This document shows positions 57,199 to 64,000 of a stretch of 64,000 bases of DNA, in pieces. The notes beneath the pieces were generated by a model that made no database searches, had not been told where the DNA came from, and saw nothing but the letters and a program-made list of their open reading frames with translations. Within the stretch, counting starts at the first letter, position 1. The number at the start of each line of letters is the position of its first letter. The translations under genes were made by a program, and so were the position numbers. Origin of the DNA: Candidatus Woesebacteria bacterium GW2011_GWF1_31_35 (GTDB lineage Bacteria > Patescibacteriota > Microgenomatia > UBA8517); NCBI GenBank assembly GCA_001029755.1, contig CP011214.1, positions 65,754 to 129,753 of the forward strand. Direction: 5' to 3'.

Positions 57199-58245
57199 AT
57201 GACCACACTGACCCAAGCATCCATAGGTTCTAGAAAAATAATTCGTTATTCTATTTATCTAATAATTTTTTTAATAATTGGAAGGATTGTACTGATTGCT
57301 GGAATAGGAATTTATAAAAAAGTCTTTCCACCAGCTCCAACTCCAGCCACCGTATCATTTGGTAGACTTTCAAAGCTTCCATTTCCTGAAAAACAAAAGT
57401 TTGCATTAAATTTTACAGTGGAGACTCCAGAAGGAGGAATTCCAAATTTTCCTCCTCAATCAAAAGTCTTTTTCATGCCTAAAATTTCGTCAAATTTATT
57501 ATCTTTAGATTTTGCAAAAGAAAAGGCAGAAAAATTAAATTTCAATCCAGACCCTCAAAAAATAACTGAATCTATATATAAGTTTTACCATAAATTTGCC
57601 CCAGCAGTACTTGAAACTGACATCATAACTGGGGCTTTTTCAATTAGCTATGATCTTAAAATTGACCCAACTCCTCTTTCTGTTAGACCAAACCAGCCAG
57701 AAGTTTCTGCTTCAACCATAAGATCATTTCTTTCAAATGCAGGATTATTACCAAGTGATTTAACAGGTCAAATTGAATATCAATACTTAAAAACAAAAGA
57801 CGGAGTCTTTGTTCCGGCACTTTCATTATCAGATGCCAATATAATTAGAGTTAATCTTTTTAGGAAATCGTATGATAACCTACCTGTTATTTCAAATTCC
57901 TTTAAAGAATCAAATATTTGGTTTCTAGTAAGTGGTTTAAGAGAAAGAGGAAAAGATGTCATAGCTGGGGAATATCATTATTTTCCAGTTGACGAAAGTC
58001 AATCAGCAACTTATCCAATTAAAACAGGTGATGTAGCTTGGCAAGAATTTTCAAGTGGAAATTATTATCCAGAGTCCCTTGGAGCAACTGTAGAAAATGA
58101 AAATATAAAAATAAGGAAAATATATTTAGCATATTATGATCCAGGAGTTTACACAGAATTTTTGCAACCTGTTTTTGTTTTTGAGGGAGACAAAAACTTT
58201 GTAGGGTTAGTTCCTGCTATAACTCCAGACTATTATGGTGAATAG
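57199..58245 (+). CDS. hypothetical membrane-anchored protein
   Basis: It has an N-terminal TM (IYLIIFLIIGRIVLIAGIGIY) and a 300-aa extracytoplasmic domain. Confidence 0.4.
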   Translation: MTTLTQASIGSRKIIRYSIYLIIFLIIGRIVLIAGIGIYKKVFPPAPTPATVSFGRLSKLPFPEKQKFALNFTVETPEGGIPNFPPQSKVFFMPKISSNLLSLDFAKEKAEKLNFNPDPQKITESIYKFYHKFAPAVLETDIITGAFSISYDLKIDPTPLSVRPNQPEVSASTIRSFLSNAGLLPSDLTGQIEYQYLKTKDGVFVPALSLSDANIIRVNLFRKSYDNLPVISNSFKESNIWFLVSGLRERGKDVIAGEYHYFPVDESQSATYPIKTGDVAWQEFSSGNYYPESLGATVENENIKIRKIYLAYYDPGVYTEFLQPVFVFEGDKNFVGLVPAITPDYYGE

Positions 58246-59144
58246 GTAACTTTTTCCCAAGAATAGTTACTATAAATCCAATCAATCAATTCTTTTGTTT
58301 CACCAAATCTATCTGAACTTCCTAGAACAACGATCATTACTTTTTTTCCATTTCTATCAATATATGTAACAAGATTTTCTCTAGCATTTTCAGTCCATCC
58401 AGTTTTAACACCTAAAACTCCATCTACACTTCCTAATAATTTATTTATATTTACTAATTTATGAGACATTTTTCCATTTACACTCTTAACTAATTCCTCT
58501 TTTGTTCCTACAATTTTTGAAAAAACAGGATCCTTCATTGCCACTTTTGAAATTGTTATTAAATCTCTAGCGGTTGAATAATGGTTAAATTCATCCAATC
58601 CAGAGGGATTTGAAAAATGAGTATTATTAAGTCCTAAATCTTTAGCCTTTTTATTCATTAAAGCTATAAAAAGTTCTCTTCCACCTGGATGATTATTAGC
58701 TAAAACTTCAGCAGCATCATTTGATGAGTAAATTAAAAGTCCTTTTAAAAGATCTATAAATTTTATTTCTTCTCCCCAAACTAATCCCATTTTTTGACCA
58801 ACTATATTAATTTTTCCTACCTTTAAAACTTGATCTGAACTGTAGGTATCAAGTGAAACCAATGCTGTCATTATCTTTGTAGTAGATGCAGGAAAAAGGG
58901 TCTTTTGTGGATCTTTTTCATAAAGATAAACTCCTGATATTAAATCAACCGCTAAAACAGATTGGGCAGAAAGTATTGGATAATTAACACCTTCTTTTAA
59001 TACAGGAATATCTGAAAAGGCCTGGGTTTTAGCTATTGGATAGATATTTGGAATAATATCTCTAAATCCAGAATTTAATGAAATTGCTGAAGTTGAAATT
59101 AAAATAAACGACAATAATGATAAATAGAGAAGATTAATTTTCAT
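58233..59144 (-). CDS. D-alanyl-D-alanine carboxypeptidase (S11 penicillin-binding protein)
   Basis: It has a signal peptide and the motifs SxxK (ASTTK), SxN (SSND) and KTG (KTGWT). Confidence 0.75.
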   Translation of the reverse strand: MKINLLYLSLLSFILISTSAISLNSGFRDIIPNIYPIAKTQAFSDIPVLKEGVNYPILSAQSVLAVDLISGVYLYEKDPQKTLFPASTTKIMTALVSLDTYSSDQVLKVGKINIVGQKMGLVWGEEIKFIDLLKGLLIYSSNDAAEVLANNHPGGRELFIALMNKKAKDLGLNNTHFSNPSGLDEFNHYSTARDLITISKVAMKDPVFSKIVGTKEELVKSVNGKMSHKLVNINKLLGSVDGVLGVKTGWTENARENLVTYIDRNGKKVMIVVLGSSDRFGETKELIDWIYSNYSWEKVTYSP

Positions 59145-60525
59145 TTACTTTAATTCCGAGTTCTTTTAGCTGGTCTTTGGAAGTTTCACTTGGCGCATCC
59201 AATACTGAAGTCTGACCAGACGATGAAGTTGGATATGCCATAACTTCCCTTACACTTGGTTCATTTAAAATAGCCATCATAAATCTATCAAGTCCTGGGG
59301 CAATTCCACCATGAGGAGGAACACCGAATGTAAAGGCCTTCAACATATGTTCAAATTGATCCTTTTGTTTCTCTGAAAATCCAATAAGCTTAAATATTTT
59401 TTCCTGAACCTTTGGATCACTTATTCTAATACTCCCACCACCAACTTCAAGGCCGTTTAAGACCATATCATGTTGTAAACCTCTCACTTTTCCAGGATCT
59501 GTTTCCAATAAATTTAAATCATCAGGATGAGGAGACGTAAACATATGGTGAGATGGTGCCCATTTTGCTTGTCCTGAACCATAAAAAAAATCTTCTTTTG
59601 ATTGTTCTGTAAAGAGTGGAAAATCCAAAACCCAACAAAATGCTAATTCGTTTGGATCATTTTTATCCTTTCGAAGATCAGGTTTGTCATTACCATATTT
59701 TTCTTTAGCCTCTTTATGAGAAATTCTTGGCCAAGGACTTTGAAAAATCTTTTTTTCAGGAAATATTTCTTTAACAAGTTCGGAAAACATCTTTTCGGCT
59801 AAATTTAAAATATCTTCTTGTTCCACAAAGGACATTTCCATATCAAGTTGTGTAAATTCACCATAAGCTCTATCTTTTCTAGGATCTTCATCTCTAAAAC
59901 ATCTAGCAAATTGAAAATATCTCTCCATTCCAGCAACCATTAAAAGTTGTTTATATTGTTGTGGAGATTGGGGAAGAGCATAAAATTTACCTTGTTGTAA
60001 TCTTGAAGGTACTAAAAAGTCTCTAGCTCCCTCAGGAGTAGTTTTAGTTAAAATAGGTGTTTCGATTTCTACAAAATCATTATTAGTTAGCCAATTTCGT
60101 AAAAACTGTGTAACTTTAGAACGAATTCTAATATTTCTGGTCATTCTTGGTCTTCTTAAATCAAGATATCTATATTTGTTTCTTATTTCCTCATCAATTT
60201 CATATCCATCACCATCTATTGGTAAAGGTAGTTCCTGAGCTAGAGAAATAACATTTAATTTTTCCATTTGAATCTCAATTTTGCCTGTATCAATATTGGC
60301 ATTTACTAATTTTTCCGGTCTTTTTACAACCTTCCCTTCAATCTCAATAACACTTTCTGTTGTAACTTTTGCTAAATTTGTCCCCACACACTGAATTATT
60401 CCTGTTCTATCACGAAGATCTATAAAAGTAATCTTTCCATGATCTCTAATTGTTGATACCCAACCTTCAAGCTTGACCTTTTCATCTACATTTTTAATAG
60501 TATCCACAACCAATGTTCTTTGCAT
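59134..60525 (-). CDS. aspS: aspartyl-tRNA synthetase (compact, GAD-domain-less type)
   Basis: It has an OB N-terminus and class II motifs (FRDED, GLDR). Its 463 aa, with no GAD insertion, are consistent with a non-discriminating archaeal-type AspRS. Confidence 0.9.
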   Translation of the reverse strand: MQRTLVVDTIKNVDEKVKLEGWVSTIRDHGKITFIDLRDRTGIIQCVGTNLAKVTTESVIEIEGKVVKRPEKLVNANIDTGKIEIQMEKLNVISLAQELPLPIDGDGYEIDEEIRNKYRYLDLRRPRMTRNIRIRSKVTQFLRNWLTNNDFVEIETPILTKTTPEGARDFLVPSRLQQGKFYALPQSPQQYKQLLMVAGMERYFQFARCFRDEDPRKDRAYGEFTQLDMEMSFVEQEDILNLAEKMFSELVKEIFPEKKIFQSPWPRISHKEAKEKYGNDKPDLRKDKNDPNELAFCWVLDFPLFTEQSKEDFFYGSGQAKWAPSHHMFTSPHPDDLNLLETDPGKVRGLQHDMVLNGLEVGGGSIRISDPKVQEKIFKLIGFSEKQKDQFEHMLKAFTFGVPPHGGIAPGLDRFMMAILNEPSVREVMAYPTSSSGQTSVLDAPSETSKDQLKELGIKVNEN

Positions 60526-60698
60526 ATATTATGTATTGTAAATTTAAGATTAACTCTTGACAAGGAGCATATGTATTTCATAATATACAAATTGTTCCTA
60601 AAAAAATTAAGATGAAGCTTATTAATCAAATTAAAACAATTAATTTCCTCTTTATTAAATAAAGGGGTTTGTTTTATTTGAAATTTATAAAAAAATAC

Positions 60699-60727
60699 AA
60701 ACCTCTTAAAAAAAGAGGTTTTTTTAT
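60699..60727. terminator. bidirectional rho-independent terminator-like hairpin
   Basis: ACCTCT-taaaaaaa-AGAGGT has a T-run on the plus strand (60720..60726) and an A-run upstream, which is a T-run on the minus strand. It sits between recJ/small ORFs and aspS. Confidence 0.4.
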
Positions 60728-60944
60728 TGAAAAAATATAAATATGGATAATGAACAAAAATTAAAAGCCGAATCCTATATGTTCGAATTGCAAAAAAAAA
60801 TAGCAAACCCAGGTCAAAAGATTGATCTAACTTTATGGTCAATTGTCGAAGATCGTGATGGTAAAATTTGGATCAAAAAAGAAAGTCCCGATGGAATAAA
60901 CGGGACAATGTATCCAGTACTATTGACAAGGGGGTGAATAATAT

Positions 60945-61145
60945 ATGACAGAAAAATATTTATTAGGAGTTAACACAGAAATATTAATTAAACCTGTCAA
61001 ACCAGGTCTTTATACAGTAGCCGACCAGGCCAGAGGGTTTGGTGTTCCAGAAACAGAATTAACAACTGATAAAGAAAATGCTGTTCCTCCAGCAGGTTTA
61101 CCTGAGAAATTTTGGGAAAGTTTAGGAATAGGTAAAAAAAATTAA
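60945..61145 (+). CDS. small hypothetical protein
   Basis: A 66-aa ORF with a good SD (gggggtga) 7 nt upstream. It overlaps the recJ stop convergently by 4 nt. Confidence 0.3.
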   Translation: MTEKYLLGVNTEILIKPVKPGLYTVADQARGFGVPETELTTDKENAVPPAGLPEKFWESLGIGKKN

Positions 61146-62776
61146 GTTATATTAATATCTTTAATTTTTAGTTGGATTAAAGACCTATTATTCCAAGTAT
61201 TTTCTTCTGTGGTGTAGGCAATATCAATCAATTTTGTTTTTTGATTTATTTTTGATAAATCATAATTAAACCATACGGCATCTAAAGTGATTTTGCTTTG
61301 TCTAATTTTTAATTTTAGATGTTTCCCATCTGACCCTATTGATTTACTTTCTATTATTTCTGCCTTTTTAGTCATAAAAACAGGTTGAAAATTTCCATAA
61401 CCTGTTGGTTCAAATTTTTTTAACAAATCAATAAGTTTTTGATCTATTTGCCTAAAATCAAGACTCATATCAATTTTTAATTTTTTAGATAAAATTCCAT
61501 CAGTTAATAAGGGTTTTGATATTTTAATTAACTTTTTAGTAAATTCCTCAATTTTTTCAGTCTTAATTGAAAATCCAGCAGCCATTGGATGTCCTCCACC
61601 TTCTAAAATAAGTTTTGTAGATTTAATTACTTCAATAATATTGAATCCGTAAATTGATCTTGCTGATGCTTTAGAAATTTCTTTATTAATTGAAAAAACA
61701 ACTGAAGGTCTATAATATTTTTCAGTAACTTTACCAGAAGCAAGTCCAATTACCCCTTCATTATAATCTCCTGAAATAACGATAATTTCATTACTTTCTA
61801 CCTTTACTTGTTTTAGAGCTTTATTTAATACCTCATCAACAATTTTTTGTCTTTGAACATTTGTTTCACCTAATATCTTCGCTAAATCAAATGCTTTTTT
61901 AGAATCTTTTGTACAAAGAAGTCTTAATGAATCTAGGGCATTGGCAAGCCTTCCCATTGCATTAATTCTAGGAGCTAAAATATAACCTATTTCATAAACA
62001 CCAACTTTAGTTAATTTTGATTCATTAATCAAAGCTTTCAGACCAATTCTCCCCGTCTTACTTAATTCTTCAAGTCCCCACTTTACAATTGATCTATTAA
62101 CACCAATAAGTTGCATTTGGTCTGAAATAGTTCCAATAGCCGCTAATTCCAATCCCTTTATTTTTTTACTAAATTGACTAGATAAAACGTATGCAAGCGC
62201 TGATCCACAAATCTTTGTTGAATGAAGGATAAATTTTGTAGTAAGTTTCTTATCACCTAAAGTATGATGATCACAAACAATAACATCAATTCCTAAGTCT
62301 TTAGCTTTTGAAATTGCATCATATGCAACAATTCCATTATCGACAGTGATTATTAATTTTATTGGAGAACTTTTTTTATCTTCTTCATATTTTTCTTTTA
62401 ATTTATTTATACTTTCAACTTTAATACCATATCCTTCAGAAAACCTATTGGGAATATATGGTAAACAATCAAAACCTAATGAATATAGATTTTCCCAAAG
62501 AATTGCAGTAGCGCATATTCCATCACAATCATAATCTCCAAAAATTACTATTCTTTCATTTTTCTTTTTAGCTTCTTTTAATCTTTTAACAACTTCTTTT
62601 AATTTGTTTTTGTTAATTCCAAATTCTTCCAAAGAAATATCAAGGGGATTTCTAGGTTTTAAAAAATCTTCTTTTTCTTTTTTTGACTTTATTCCCCTAT
62701 TATCAAGAAGAGTTTTTGTAATGTCTTTAGATTCACTTAATATCTGCCATTTCATACTGGTATAATAATATAACAT
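61142..62776 (-). CDS. recJ: single-stranded-DNA-specific exonuclease RecJ
   Basis: It has the DHH motifs (GDYDCDGICATAIL, DHH), a DHHA1 domain and a C-terminal OB region. Confidence 0.9.
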   Translation of the reverse strand: MLYYYTSMKWQILSESKDITKTLLDNRGIKSKKEKEDFLKPRNPLDISLEEFGINKNKLKEVVKRLKEAKKKNERIVIFGDYDCDGICATAILWENLYSLGFDCLPYIPNRFSEGYGIKVESINKLKEKYEEDKKSSPIKLIITVDNGIVAYDAISKAKDLGIDVIVCDHHTLGDKKLTTKFILHSTKICGSALAYVLSSQFSKKIKGLELAAIGTISDQMQLIGVNRSIVKWGLEELSKTGRIGLKALINESKLTKVGVYEIGYILAPRINAMGRLANALDSLRLLCTKDSKKAFDLAKILGETNVQRQKIVDEVLNKALKQVKVESNEIIVISGDYNEGVIGLASGKVTEKYYRPSVVFSINKEISKASARSIYGFNIIEVIKSTKLILEGGGHPMAAGFSIKTEKIEEFTKKLIKISKPLLTDGILSKKLKIDMSLDFRQIDQKLIDLLKKFEPTGYGNFQPVFMTKKAEIIESKSIGSDGKHLKLKIRQSKITLDAVWFNYDLSKINQKTKLIDIAYTTEENTWNNRSLIQLKIKDINIT

Positions 62777-64000
62777 ATGAATTTTACTCTTCCAGAAGCT
62801 GTTTTAGAAACACTAGACAAATTTGATTCAAAAGGATTTGAAATTTACATTGTAGGTGGTGCTATAAGAGATCTTTTAATGGGAAAAATAGTATCTGATT
62901 GGGATTTTACAACTAATGCTACCCCAGAACAAATTTTAAAAATTATTCCCGATGGATTTTACGATAATATATTCGGTACTGTAGGAATTACAATTGAAGG
63001 TTTTACCAAACCATTTGAAATAACCACCTATAGAACTGAATACGGGTATTCTGATAATAGAAGACCAGATAAGGTTTCTTGGGGTAAAATATTAGAAGAA
63101 GATCTTAAAAGACGTGATTTTACAATTAACGCCATGGCTATAGATAAAAATCTTAAAATTATTGATCTATATGATGGACAAAAAGACTTAAAAAATAAAT
63201 TAATTAGAGCAGTTGGTGATCCAAACGAAAGATTTAGGGAAGATTCTCTTAGAATGATGAGAGCTGTAAGAATTGCTGGGGAATTAGAATTTACAATTGA
63301 AGAAAAAACTTTTGAGGCAATTATTAATAATGCTAGTTTAATTAATAAAATTGCTAAAGAGAGGATAAAAATTGAACTCTTTAAAATTTTAAAATGTAAT
63401 AATCCTTACAAGGCAATTTTACAATTTAAAGAAAGTGGACTAATGGAAGAATTGTTACCAGAACTTATTAAATGTTTTGGAGTAGAACAAAAATCTCCCA
63501 GTAGACACCATATTTATGATGTTGGAAATCACCTTTTAATGGCCTTAAAAGAATGCAAATCAGATGATCCAGTAGTAAGATTTGCAACACTAATTCACGA
63601 CATAGGAAAACCACAGACTTATAAAAAACTCTCTACCGGGGTAATTACTTTTTACAATCATGAAATGGTTTCTACTAAAATTGCAATTAATATTGCAGAT
63701 AGACTTAAATTTTCTGCCAAGGAAAGAGATAAATTTGTAATTTTAGTTCGTTTTCATCAATTTACTGTTGATGAAAATCAAACAGATTCTGCAATTAGAA
63801 GATTTATTAAAAACACAGGAATTGAAAACATCGAAGATATGCTTTCTTTAAGAGTTGCGGATAGACTTGGTGGTGGAGCTTCTGAAACTTCTTGGAGACT
63901 AGAAGAATTTAAAAAAAGATTGACTGAAGTTCAAAAACAACCTTTTTCAATTAAAGATTTAAAAATTAATGGAACTGACATAATGAAAACTCTAAATATT
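62777..64000 (+). CDS. cca: CCA-adding tRNA nucleotidyltransferase with HD domain (C-terminus beyond window)
   Basis: It has the N-terminal IVGGAIRDLLMGK and polymerase-beta fold motifs, a neck region and an HD domain (HDIGKP). It stays open to position 64000. Confidence 0.8.
   Translation, partial: MNFTLPEAVLETLDKFDSKGFEIYIVGGAIRDLLMGKIVSDWDFTTNATPEQILKIIPDGFYDNIFGTVGITIEGFTKPFEITTYRTEYGYSDNRRPDKVSWGKILEEDLKRRDFTINAMAIDKNLKIIDLYDGQKDLKNKLIRAVGDPNERFREDSLRMMRAVRIAGELEFTIEEKTFEAIINNASLINKIAKERIKIELFKILKCNNPYKAILQFKESGLMEELLPELIKCFGVEQKSPSRHHIYDVGNHLLMALKECKSDDPVVRFATLIHDIGKPQTYKKLSTGVITFYNHEMVSTKIAINIADRLKFSAKERDKFVILVRFHQFTVDENQTDSAIRRFIKNTGIENIEDMLSLRVADRLGGGASETSWRLEEFKKRLTEVQKQPFSIKDLKINGTDIMKTLNI

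Noticed and set aside
60526-60700. A T-box leader upstream of aspS, and upstream of other aminoacyl-tRNA synthetase genes.
   Set aside because: No T-box consensus (AATTAGGGTGGTACCGCG-like) or specifier-loop architecture was found. Most synthetase genes here have intergenic gaps under 50 nt.
60486-60842. A 118-aa minus-strand ORF spanning the aspS upstream region.
   Set aside because: It is extremely AT-rich and low-complexity, it overlaps the terminator hairpin and the aspS start, and it has an implausible composition.
1-64000. CRISPR arrays.
   Set aside because: No regularly spaced direct repeats of 25-40 nt were seen anywhere in the window.

Overview
This is a roughly 64 kb, AT-rich (about 30% GC) bacterial chromosome segment with the small-genome gene content typical of Patescibacteria/CPR; the lineage call is inference only. 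The standard genetic code applies: an intact prfB with an SPF motif and several long uninterrupted ORFs make UGA a stop codon. Most of the window is housekeeping, almost all on the minus strand: sortase, galE, ftsE and ftsX with an M23 peptidase, prfB, tgt, secA, rarA, serS, lysS, greA, lon, a PAP2 phosphatase with dgkA, a DEAD-box helicase, gltX, a D-Ala-D-Ala carboxypeptidase, aspS, recJ and a partial cca. Two segments of higher GC (about 38-45%) each start immediately 3' of a tRNA carrying a C34 anticodon. Island 1 (about 24.8-27.8 kb, after tRNA-Glu-CUC) is a decayed remnant. It holds a serine-recombinase C-terminal fragment, two tandem nucleoside-2-deoxyribosyltransferase-like paralogs, an alpha/beta hydrolase and a UDG-superfamily glycosylase. 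Island 2 (about 33.7-48.1 kb, after tRNA-Gln-CUG) is about 14.5 kb and carries the following genes. It has a restriction-modification pair, a large serine recombinase and an XRE regulator. It also has a phage packaging module with no structural genes (ParB-methyltransferase, terS-like, terL). Beyond that, a LexA-like repressor is transcribed divergently from a five-gene cassette: DUF2188, an MBL-fold hydrolase, a membrane protein, a zinc-ribbon protein and a hypothetical. Both islands end in copies of one conserved, roughly 133-nt non-coding element. The element contains a tandem GTCTCATTT 9-mer and hairpins whose base pairs co-vary between the copies. It may be a structured RNA or the terminal site of a shared mobile-element family. 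Other items are a single reading frame at 13524-14684 interrupted by one in-frame TGA, a Bro-N (DinD-like) gene, a near-consensus sigma70 promoter with a perfect palindrome in front of the DUF2188 cassette, and TTAGCA repeat operators at the XRE switch region.
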